The notes beneath the pieces are model-generated. The model saw nothing but the letters and a program-made list of their open reading frames with translations. It made no database searches and was not told where the DNA came from. Below are positions 35,869 through 44,192 of a stretch of 64,000 bases of DNA, piece after piece; the stretch's first letter is position 1, and each line of letters opens with the position of its first letter. Made by a program: the position numbers and the translations under genes. Source of the stretch: Poseidonia sp. (lineage in GTDB: Archaea > Thermoplasmatota > Poseidoniia > Poseidoniales > Poseidoniaceae); assembly GCA_030829545.1 (NCBI GenBank), contig JAURAI010000009.1:1041-65040 (forward strand). Direction: 5' to 3'.

Positions 35869-37119
35869 GTGGGCATACTCATGAAGTTGCGTACATTTCT
35901 CAGTTTTTTCCGTCAACTGAAAGGGAAAAAACCAATCGATATTGACAAGATTCAATCCATGGGGCTCCTTGCTGTCAAACTTGGACAAATCTTTGCTCTT
36001 CGACCCGACCTCATTGAGCCAGAGCGATGCATTGAACTGCAACGCTTGTACAGTCGCGGAGCAACCATTCCAACCGAAGATTCACAACGCCTTCTCGACC
36101 GATTTGCTCCACCCAATTTCCGAAGTCATTTCCAATCGATTGAACCCGTTCCATTTGCTGCTGCAAGCATCGGTCAAATCCATCGGGCCGTCCTCAACGA
36201 TGGAACTCGCGTGGTTGTCAAAATTATCAAAGCAGATTTCGAGGCCTCGTTCAAGCGAGATGTTCGGCGTATGAAGCGATGGATCCGCACCGGTCTGTTG
36301 TTCAACCCACGCTTGCGAAAGGTCGGGAACCCCATCGGACTGCTCGCCCACATCGAAGATTATACCCTTCGCGAATTGAATCTCACCAATGAGATTGAGG
36401 GGCAAAACCAACTCATCGAAAAGGCAAAAGAAATTGAGCAACATTTCCCCATGCCGAAACTGAAATTCCCTCGGATGTGGGATGAATTGTCCAATCAACA
36501 CGTGCTGGTCATGGAAGAAATCACGCACCCCACGCTTGAGGCTCGTCTGGAAGAAAAAACGCTCAACTGGGCAAATATGTTGGAATTGTTTCGCATTCAC
36601 GGTGCCTTCATGTTTGGAATCGGTACATTCCACGGAGACCTGCATCCAGGAAACGCCATGATGAACGATGAAGGCGACTTTTTCTTCATCGATACCGGTG
36701 CGATTTGCAACGCACCGCCTCACGTACGTAATGCCTTGTTTGGCTTCTTTTACTTCCTCGCCAAAGGTGAACTCAAGCATGCATTTGATGCTATGCTCAC
36801 GATGGCCGCTGTTCAGCCCACGGGTAAAACACTGCAAACGTATTATGACTCGATGAACGAGCTTTACGCTGGATTTGTTGGAACCTCAGTGAGCGAAGTT
36901 TCCCTCACGGAGCAAATGATGAAGACCGTCAAAGCAGCGGTGTTAGCGGGTTGTGCATTCGGTGAAGAAGCCTTCCCGATCATTCGTTCCTTGATGTACA
37001 TGGACGGAATGGTGCTCAAAGGACATCCTGAAGTGGATCTGATCAGTTCAATGGGTCCCTATCTCGACGAATTTTCTGTGCTCATTGACCCCTATTCCAT
37101 TATTTCAGATGAAAAATAA
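35869..37119 (+). CDS. ABC1/UbiB-family atypical protein kinase
   Basis: GLLAVKLGQIFALRPDL, AAASIGQIHRAVL..G..VVVKI and FHGDLHPGNAMM motifs. The GTG abuts the upstream stop; an alternative ATG lies at 35881. Confidence 0.85.
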   Translation: MGILMKLRTFLSFFRQLKGKKPIDIDKIQSMGLLAVKLGQIFALRPDLIEPERCIELQRLYSRGATIPTEDSQRLLDRFAPPNFRSHFQSIEPVPFAAASIGQIHRAVLNDGTRVVVKIIKADFEASFKRDVRRMKRWIRTGLLFNPRLRKVGNPIGLLAHIEDYTLRELNLTNEIEGQNQLIEKAKEIEQHFPMPKLKFPRMWDELSNQHVLVMEEITHPTLEARLEEKTLNWANMLELFRIHGAFMFGIGTFHGDLHPGNAMMNDEGDFFFIDTGAICNAPPHVRNALFGFFYFLAKGELKHAFDAMLTMAAVQPTGKTLQTYYDSMNELYAGFVGTSVSEVSLTEQMMKTVKAAVLAGCAFGEEAFPIIRSLMYMDGMVLKGHPEVDLISSMGPYLDEFSVLIDPYSIISDEK

Positions 37120-37161
37120 AGATGTTATTTTTAAAGCATTTTTTAAGGTCAAAAACCCCCC

Positions 37162-37168
37162 TTTATAT
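37162..37168 (+). promoter_or_regulatory. TATA box (TTTATAT) for crtI-crtB; leaderless transcript
   Basis: Centred 26 nt upstream of the crtI ATG (37191), inside an AT-rich 71-nt spacer. Confidence 0.6.
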
Positions 37169-37190
37169 GGTCGTTATTTGAGCGGAAGGC

Positions 37191-38804
37191 ATGGCAGCCA
37201 CCGCTCAACCGAAAGTCGCAATCATTGGTGCTGGTCCCGGAGGTTTGGCCTCTGCGCTCCTGCTTGCAAAATCAGGGGTCGATGTAACGGTCTTTGAACG
37301 GTCAGGAAGTGTTGGTGGTCGAAACAAAGTTTTCGAACGAGATGGTTTCAAATTCGACCTTGGCCCCACATTTTTCCACTACCCTGAAGTGATTGAAGAC
37401 ATCTTCAAAGCCATCGGAATGGACGCTCATGAAGAACTCAAACTTCACCGTCTGGACATGAATTATCGGCTCATCTTTGGACAGGGTGGACAACTGGACT
37501 GCACGAGCGATTTGGACGTCATGACCGAGCGTATCCGAGGCCTTTCCGGCGATTTCAATGCCGAGGCATTCAAGCGCTATGTCGTTGACAACCGCCTCAA
37601 ACTGGAGAAATCAAAGGCCTGCCTTCAAGAACCATGGTACGGGCCAACTGACCTCCTCTCTAAGCGAGCCATGCGAGTTGCCAGCGTGCTCCGACCCCAA
37701 CGCTCCGTAGCCAAGGACCTCATGAAACTCTTCGACGATGACCGCCTTATGCTGGCAATGTCCTTCCAGACGAAGTATCTCGGCATGTCCCCCTTCAATT
37801 GCCCCAGCCTGTTTACCATGCTTGCTTTCCTCGAGTATGAATACGGTATTTTCCACCCGATTGGCGGGCTGGGAAGCGTCAGTGCACGCATGGCCAAAAT
37901 TGCAGAAGACCTCGGCGTGAAATTCCGCCTCAACGAAGCGGTTGAGGGCGTCATCATGGACGGCAAGACCATCAAAGGGGTAAGAACTGCAAAGGAAGAG
38001 TTCTTGGCTGAAAAGGTGATTATGAACGCCGATTTTGCGAACGGAATGACCCAGCTATTCCCTGACAAGGTACGTAAGAAGTGGAGCAACAAGAAATTGG
38101 ACAACAAGAAATATTCCTGTTCAACATTCATGCTCTACCTTGGCGTTGACAGAACCTATGATAACCTCCCACATCACCAAATATACGCTTCATCGAATTA
38201 TGAAAACAATCTAGAGGACATTGAAAAACACCACCGAATCACATGGGACGACCCTTCCATCTACGTCCAAAACGCGTGCATTACCGACCCAGGTTTGGCA
38301 CCCGAAGGTTGCTCAACTGTCTACGCCCTCGTCCCTGTTTCCCACATCCATGAGAACATTGATTGGAACAAAGAAAAGGATGCGTACCGCGACAGAATCA
38401 TTGACCAAATTGAGTCCAAACTCGGCTTTGAAAACCTCCGAGATAACATCGTGACGGAAATGGTTATCACCCCCGAAGATTGGGGAGACCACTGCTATCG
38501 AGGCGCCGTGTTCAACTTGGCTCACGGCTTGGACCAGATGCTTTGGCGCCGACCAAAGAATCAGTTTGACGAAATCAACAACCTGTACCTCGTTGGAGGA
38601 GGCACCCATCCAGGAAGTGGATTGCCTGTCATCTACGAATCAGCACGAATCAGCAGCAAATTACTGCTTGACAGTCTGGGAATCATTCCAGACTGGAACG
38701 GCGTTGATACTTGGTTTGAAAGCCGGAAGCGAAGCAAGCAAGGACGTGTAGCCTTGGATAAATCATCCAAGGATTCGTCAACAGGCACACCTACATCGGC
38801 TTGA
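37191..38804 (+). CDS. crtI: Phytoene desaturase (CrtI family FAD-dependent oxidoreductase)
   Basis: VAIIGAGPGGLASALLLAKSGVDVTVFERSGSVGGR dinucleotide-binding motif. C-terminal LYLVGGGTHPGSGLP. Confidence 0.85.
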   Translation: MAATAQPKVAIIGAGPGGLASALLLAKSGVDVTVFERSGSVGGRNKVFERDGFKFDLGPTFFHYPEVIEDIFKAIGMDAHEELKLHRLDMNYRLIFGQGGQLDCTSDLDVMTERIRGLSGDFNAEAFKRYVVDNRLKLEKSKACLQEPWYGPTDLLSKRAMRVASVLRPQRSVAKDLMKLFDDDRLMLAMSFQTKYLGMSPFNCPSLFTMLAFLEYEYGIFHPIGGLGSVSARMAKIAEDLGVKFRLNEAVEGVIMDGKTIKGVRTAKEEFLAEKVIMNADFANGMTQLFPDKVRKKWSNKKLDNKKYSCSTFMLYLGVDRTYDNLPHHQIYASSNYENNLEDIEKHHRITWDDPSIYVQNACITDPGLAPEGCSTVYALVPVSHIHENIDWNKEKDAYRDRIIDQIESKLGFENLRDNIVTEMVITPEDWGDHCYRGAVFNLAHGLDQMLWRRPKNQFDEINNLYLVGGGTHPGSGLPVIYESARISSKLLLDSLGIIPDWNGVDTWFESRKRSKQGRVALDKSSKDSSTGTPTSA

Positions 38805-38813
38805 GGGTTGAAC

Positions 38814-39803
38814 ATGGAACAAAGCACCATCAACCAGGCTTATGCGTATTGCGAAGCGGTTTGCAGAACAGCTTCAACAACGTTCTATTCATCGTTTTCA
38901 GCACTTTCACTGCAGAAGCGCAAGGCGGTTCATGCAGTCTATGCTCTTTGCCGCTGGGTTGACGATATTGTCGATGGAGATGAAGAACCAAGCATTCTTG
39001 AAACCAATGAACTTCGCCAAGAAACCGATGAACGCCAACAAGTGATCAATGAAATCCACGAAGGGAAAACCCCCTCCTTGCCTAAGGATGAACACCGTCG
39101 TCGCCTCATGGCCTTGGTAGACATTCGTTTGAAACTTCACCGGGCACATAGACAGGACATCAAGGAGGATGACCACCCGATTTTCATTGCCCTGCAAGAT
39201 GTTTTTACTCGGTATGCCATCAAACTCAGCGATTTTGAAACCGTCCTTGAAGGAATGGAAGATGATCTCTACCCGGTGAAAAATCGCACCTGGGATGAAT
39301 TGCGTTCTTACTGTTACAAAGTTGCATCAGCAGTGGGCCTCATCCTGATTGAAATCTACGGATATGAGGACCGTGCTGCCCGCCTGCACGCCATTGATTT
39401 GGGCATCCAAATGCAATTGATCAATGTCCTGCGCGACATTAACGAAGACATGGAACGTGGACGTGTCTACCTCCCTCTGGACATCCTCGCATCTCACGAT
39501 ATGACCCTTGAGCAACTACGGTCGCCTGGAATCGCTCAAACACCGGCATGGAGAGGATTCATCATTGAATATGTGGACATGATCAAGCGACATCAAGAAT
39601 CAGCGAATCACCTCTTCGGCTATCTCGATACTCGAGCACGCGTCCAGCCCGAAATTATGGCTGATGCTTACGCATCAATCCTGAGCGAAATCGTGCGACG
39701 CTCAGGCGATGTGTTCACCCAGCCTGTTCGCCTTTCATTCACACGCAAGGTCCTACTCGGAATTCGATTGAACCTTCGCAAAATCAAGGCACGCATGTTT
39801 TGA
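38814..39803 (+). CDS. crtB: Phytoene/squalene synthase family protein
   Basis: YALCRWVDDIVD and QLINVLRDINEDMERGRVYLP Asp-rich motifs. The ATG is preceded by GAGGG; the ORF track uses TTG 38808. Confidence 0.85.
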   Translation: MEQSTINQAYAYCEAVCRTASTTFYSSFSALSLQKRKAVHAVYALCRWVDDIVDGDEEPSILETNELRQETDERQQVINEIHEGKTPSLPKDEHRRRLMALVDIRLKLHRAHRQDIKEDDHPIFIALQDVFTRYAIKLSDFETVLEGMEDDLYPVKNRTWDELRSYCYKVASAVGLILIEIYGYEDRAARLHAIDLGIQMQLINVLRDINEDMERGRVYLPLDILASHDMTLEQLRSPGIAQTPAWRGFIIEYVDMIKRHQESANHLFGYLDTRARVQPEIMADAYASILSEIVRRSGDVFTQPVRLSFTRKVLLGIRLNLRKIKARMF

Positions 39804-39838
39804 GAGAGACCCCAACACGGGCCTTGATCCACGATGGC

Positions 39839-41317
39839 TCAAAGCAATGCGTACAATTCACCGAAGTCGGCATAGAGAGACGGGCCATCTGCAAGATAGT
39901 AGACAGAACCTCTCCCGTCCCGTGAATCCTCAGCGGTTGCATTATCATTGGTCGCACAATCACCCGTGCAACCGTCAGCATAGGCCACGTAGACACGCCC
40001 TTCTCTGTCAATATGCAGGTCATTGAAATCCAAAAGGTTGCGATTTGAGCCTCCAATGTCACGGCAGTCGCCTGAATTAAGGCAAATTGAGCCAATTTGG
40101 ACCGGGTCGTCAGTCACCCGGTAGGTATGGAAGGTTGGATTGGCATCAAGGGCATTCAAACTGATGGTGATGTAGAGGTGGTAGGTTGCATTGTTGGGCG
40201 CATAGTGGGCATTTCCATCCCAAGGACTACCGTCAATATTCGATTGATTGAGCATTTCTGAATTCTCACTCCCCAAATAGGTAACTGCGATCCTTCCGGG
40301 GTCTCCTGCATCGGTTTGCGGGAATACGGATGAGATGACTTCTACAGGAGAAATTCGAATGCTTTCTTGTTCCCAAGTCTCACCGGAATCGGTCGACCTC
40401 GACATGTAGATTCCTTCATCACCACCCGTCCAGACATGATAGGCATTTGAGTCGGTATCCGTTGATATTTCTGAATTCTTACGAGGGTACGGCGTTCCTA
40501 CATCTTCTCCCATGGTTCGGTCAAACCACGTGAAGCCGTTGTCTTTGGAAACGATGACTGAGGGGGTTTCGACCCGAGGGGTGACGTACACGGTTCCGTC
40601 TGCTGCGGTTGAAATCGCTCCGTGGAGACCGCCGTTAGTGGTAGCAAGGCCAACAATCTGCCCGCCGGCTTCGAAGCTTGCACCTCCGTCAAAACTGGTG
40701 AAGCAAAAGATTCCAGCAAGTTTGTTGTAGCAATAATACACGGCTGTTTCATAGATTGTACTTCCTGTAATTTGGCCCAAAGCCCCGTATCCAGCCGTCG
40801 TCCACGGACCACTGGCCAACTTGATGTGGTCGTTGATGGGAGTTGTTCCTGAATCGTGAGGATTCCCAAGCCATGTCTCGCCGTCATCATCGCTCCAGCA
40901 AATCCATGATGTTTCGAGGCCGATCATTTGGACGCCAAAGACACGATCGGTGATCGGGTCAACCCAACCGTAGGGGTCGCTTGTGGTAGGCGAACACATC
41001 ACGGGGTCTTGGGATTCAATCCAAGACTCACCGTAGTCGCACGAGCGCATCACCTTCTCCATAGCGATGAAGAAAATACAACCGCTCGAAGTGATGCCTA
41101 TGCTCGGTTCTTTGCCTGTTTCACCGACATCACTGAATTGGAATGAGATGTTCATTGGAGATTCGCCAATGGATGCTCCGGTCTTATCGGTAACGAAGAT
41201 TCGAGGGTTCTCAACCTCTCTTTCTTCAGGCATGGATACCGGCTCAGGTTCAGCAAAGCACCCGGACAGGGAGAGTGAGGCAACCATGAGGGTGAGAAGC
41301 AGAGCGCGGCCTTGCAT
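39839..41317 (-). CDS. Secreted lipoprotein with BNR/Asp-box beta-propeller (sialidase-like fold)
   Basis: The start is placed at MQGRALLLTLMVASLSLSGC, a lipobox. Five Asp-box motifs: SCDYGESW, SDDDGETW, SFDGGASF, SKDNGFTW, STDSGETW. Confidence 0.7.
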   Translation of the reverse strand: MQGRALLLTLMVASLSLSGCFAEPEPVSMPEEREVENPRIFVTDKTGASIGESPMNISFQFSDVGETGKEPSIGITSSGCIFFIAMEKVMRSCDYGESWIESQDPVMCSPTTSDPYGWVDPITDRVFGVQMIGLETSWICWSDDDGETWLGNPHDSGTTPINDHIKLASGPWTTAGYGALGQITGSTIYETAVYYCYNKLAGIFCFTSFDGGASFEAGGQIVGLATTNGGLHGAISTAADGTVYVTPRVETPSVIVSKDNGFTWFDRTMGEDVGTPYPRKNSEISTDTDSNAYHVWTGGDEGIYMSRSTDSGETWEQESIRISPVEVISSVFPQTDAGDPGRIAVTYLGSENSEMLNQSNIDGSPWDGNAHYAPNNATYHLYITISLNALDANPTFHTYRVTDDPVQIGSICLNSGDCRDIGGSNRNLLDFNDLHIDREGRVYVAYADGCTGDCATNDNATAEDSRDGRGSVYYLADGPSLYADFGELYALL

Positions 41318-41381
41318 GCCTGACCGAACGGTCAGTCCAATAATGACCTTCCGCTTGGCAATGATGAAGATGCTTTTGAGT

Positions 41382-42647
41382 TTAGGAATCAGCAGCGTCA
41401 ACATAGATACGTTCGTACGCCTCTGCATTGTGCTCGTAGGTGTATTGATTCAAAACGCGCTCACGACCTCGGGCCGCCTGTTCACGACGCTCTTTAGGTC
41501 GGTCAAGAGATTCGATGACGGCACGAGCCAAATCCTCTGAATCGCCACAGGCAAACAGGCCTCCTACTGTTTCGTCGATCATTTCTGTAAGCGGTGCTTG
41601 GTCAACGGTCACCACAGGCGTCCCGCTGGCCAAAGCCTCGAGCGGGATAAGTCCCTGCCCTTCGTAATAGGACGGGTAAACCACAAGATCTGCACTTCGG
41701 AAATGGAGTGCAAGGTCTTCAAAACTCATGCCACCTTTGATCACAACAGCGTCCGCGATACCCATTCGTTTGGCCTGTCGCATCAGGGTCTTGCGCATGT
41801 GACCTCGGCCGATGATCACCAATTTTGCTCCGGGATGGGCTTTGAGAATGCTTGGCATGGAACGAAGCAGTGTTCGGTGGCCTTTCCTCGCGACCAATCG
41901 GCCAACGGCCAACAGAAGTGGCGTGGAGGTGTCCGGTTCACCCATGAGGGCAGCATCATCGGCTGCATCGTAGGTTTTCCTTACTTCTTCGTAGGCTAAT
42001 TGATCCTCTTCATGGTCGTGATTCACAGGGCGGAACACCTTGTGGTCTACTCCGTAGAGAACGGTTTCACACCACCAATCTTCAGGTGGTAGATACCATC
42101 GTTGAAATTCTTCTTTGGTCGACTCAGAAATAGCAACGCACACCGATGTAGTCTCAATGGCAGCCTGCTCGTAACGAGCATACCATCCACCTGTGAGGAG
42201 GATAGCGAGATCATTGGGGTTCTTCCAGGTCGCCGCCTCTTTGTGACGGGCTGCGAGTTTCATGCCTTCTCGTTCGCCAACCCAGCTACCGTTGAGGGCG
42301 GAGACGACCGGAGCAACGTTCTGCTCAACCCAACGAAATTCTTTCTTTGTCCAACTCACCAAGGGAAGCAGGGCGTGAACGACGTCAACTGGTTTTACTT
42401 GATGAAGACGGCGTAATTCTGTTAGTGCATGCTTCCCATAGGAGCGAGTGAACGCCATCGGAGCCTTTAGCCAGGGTACCTGTAATACGCTGACACCGGG
42501 TTGCTGAGGCGTCCGTTGCTTGTGACTACGAGTGATGATGGTGACATCGTGACCTCGTTGTGCGAGGTAGCCAGCCAAATGGTAGACTACCGAGCCAATT
42601 CCACCCCAGCGAGGTGGATATTCGCCTGAGACCATGGCGATGTGCAT
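41382..42647 (-). CDS. Glycosyltransferase family 4 (GT-B)
   Basis: MHIAMVSGEYPPRWGGIGSVVYHLAGYLAQRGHDVTIIT and the E-x7-E region YEGQGLIPLEALASGTPVV. Confidence 0.85.
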   Translation of the reverse strand: MHIAMVSGEYPPRWGGIGSVVYHLAGYLAQRGHDVTIITRSHKQRTPQQPGVSVLQVPWLKAPMAFTRSYGKHALTELRRLHQVKPVDVVHALLPLVSWTKKEFRWVEQNVAPVVSALNGSWVGEREGMKLAARHKEAATWKNPNDLAILLTGGWYARYEQAAIETTSVCVAISESTKEEFQRWYLPPEDWWCETVLYGVDHKVFRPVNHDHEEDQLAYEEVRKTYDAADDAALMGEPDTSTPLLLAVGRLVARKGHRTLLRSMPSILKAHPGAKLVIIGRGHMRKTLMRQAKRMGIADAVVIKGGMSFEDLALHFRSADLVVYPSYYEGQGLIPLEALASGTPVVTVDQAPLTEMIDETVGGLFACGDSEDLARAVIESLDRPKERREQAARGRERVLNQYTYEHNAEAYERIYVDAADS

Positions 42648-42753
42648 CATGTTGACCAAGGTGAGACACCATTTGAATGTCATTGATTCAGGGCCTATAT
42701 CTACGCACGCTTTGAGCCAAACCTTTGAAGGTCAATCATCGGTTCGCCTCATC

Positions 42754-43527
42754 ATGGGCGATGTGTTACCCGTAACCGTGACGGTCATCCTTCCTACACG
42801 AAACGAGGAAGAGGCCCTTGGGCCAACCATTGATGCCATCCCGCGAGGATGGTGTAAAGACCTTGAAATTATGATCGTCGACGGTAACTCCTCAGACAGA
42901 ACTCGGGAGATTGCTCTTGAGAAAGGAATACGAGTTCACCTCGAAGACCGCAAGGGCTACGGACGTGCATACCGAACAGGTTTTGACGTCGCTAAAAACG
43001 ACATTATTGTCACCATGGATGCAGACTGCACCTATCCTGCTGAACTTGTTCCCGACCTCGTCAAGCGCCTGATTGACGATGATTTGGAATTCATCACCTG
43101 TGATCGCCTTTCACTGGCAGAAGACGGTTCGATGTCAGGGCTTCACGGTTTTGGCAACTGGATGCTTTCTTTTACCGCCCGCTTGCTCTTTGGCTACGGG
43201 GTCAAGGATTCTCAATCTGGCATGTGGGTGTTCAATAAATCCATTTTTGATGATGAAAAGATGCGCCCTACCAACGATGGTATGCCGCTCAGTGAGGAAA
43301 TGAAAATCCTTGCACGTCGCACCCTTGGAAAGCAAAAAGCCGTTGAAATTTCAGTCCCGTATCGGCCTCGTGTCGGCGAGGCTGAAATCCATACATGGGG
43401 AGATGGATGGAAGAATCTGAAATTCCTCTTCGCCCGCCGCCTTCGACTCCATAAGACCCTGACTCCATGGGGTGGCCGAGATACCAATCCCGATTCAACG
43501 AAGGGCGACCTTCCTGAACAAGCGTGA
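42754..43527 (+). CDS. Glycosyltransferase family 2, dolichyl-phosphate sugar synthase-like (Dpm1/AglJ-like)
   Basis: VTVILPTRNEEEALG, IVDGNSSDRT and TMDADCTYP motifs. The start is placed at the internal ATG (MGDVLPV). Confidence 0.8.
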   Translation: MGDVLPVTVTVILPTRNEEEALGPTIDAIPRGWCKDLEIMIVDGNSSDRTREIALEKGIRVHLEDRKGYGRAYRTGFDVAKNDIIVTMDADCTYPAELVPDLVKRLIDDDLEFITCDRLSLAEDGSMSGLHGFGNWMLSFTARLLFGYGVKDSQSGMWVFNKSIFDDEKMRPTNDGMPLSEEMKILARRTLGKQKAVEISVPYRPRVGEAEIHTWGDGWKNLKFLFARRLRLHKTLTPWGGRDTNPDSTKGDLPEQA

Positions 43528-43538
43528 GACGATTGGCG

Positions 43539-44174
43539 ATGACAAATTGGCATGAACGCTGGATGAGCCAGCAAACAGGTTGGCATAGAGCCGTTTACAA
43601 CGACCTCTTGCTCAAGCACTGGCCGACCGTCCAGGCTGCTGAATCAAGCAATGTTCTCGTACCTCTATGTGGTAAAAGCCTTGACATGGAATGGTTGGCA
43701 CAACAAGGACATACTGTGACTGGATTGGAACTTGTGAGTCGACCTATCAAAGATTTTTTTGAAGAACGTGGACTGACGCCTCAGCAACAGGAAATTGGTA
43801 AACTGGTTCGCTATTCAAGTGCACCTTTTGTCATGATACAAGGGGATTTATTCGACGTGCAACCCTCATTGGTCCAAGCCGATGCTTGGTACGACCGCGC
43901 AGCCATGGTTGCCTTACCGTCTGCGATGCGAGAGGCGTACGTTGACCAACTTCGAGCGCTTACAATGCCAGGAGCAGTTGGGTTGTTGATCACCTTCTCC
44001 TACCCTCAACACGAAATGGGAGGCCCCCCGTTCTCGCTGCCAGATGAGGAGGTCGCTGCCTTGTTTTCACAGCACTTTGAACTTCAATGCCTTGAGCAAA
44101 TCACGCTTGACGATGAGCGAGACCGTGGCTTTTCATCTTCGTACTCTTCGGTCTACAAGCTCATTCGACGCTGA
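43539..44174 (+). CDS. tpm: Thiopurine S-methyltransferase family (TPMT / halide-thiol methyltransferase)
   Basis: WHERW...TGWH...VLVPLCGKSLDMEWLAQQGHTVTGLELV matches the bacterial Tpm signature. A GTG at 43524 would overlap the GT2 stop (GTGA). Confidence 0.85.
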   Translation: MTNWHERWMSQQTGWHRAVYNDLLLKHWPTVQAAESSNVLVPLCGKSLDMEWLAQQGHTVTGLELVSRPIKDFFEERGLTPQQQEIGKLVRYSSAPFVMIQGDLFDVQPSLVQADAWYDRAAMVALPSAMREAYVDQLRALTMPGAVGLLITFSYPQHEMGGPPFSLPDEEVAALFSQHFELQCLEQITLDDERDRGFSSSYSSVYKLIRR

Positions 44175-44192
44175 GTCCCTCGGAATGATGAA

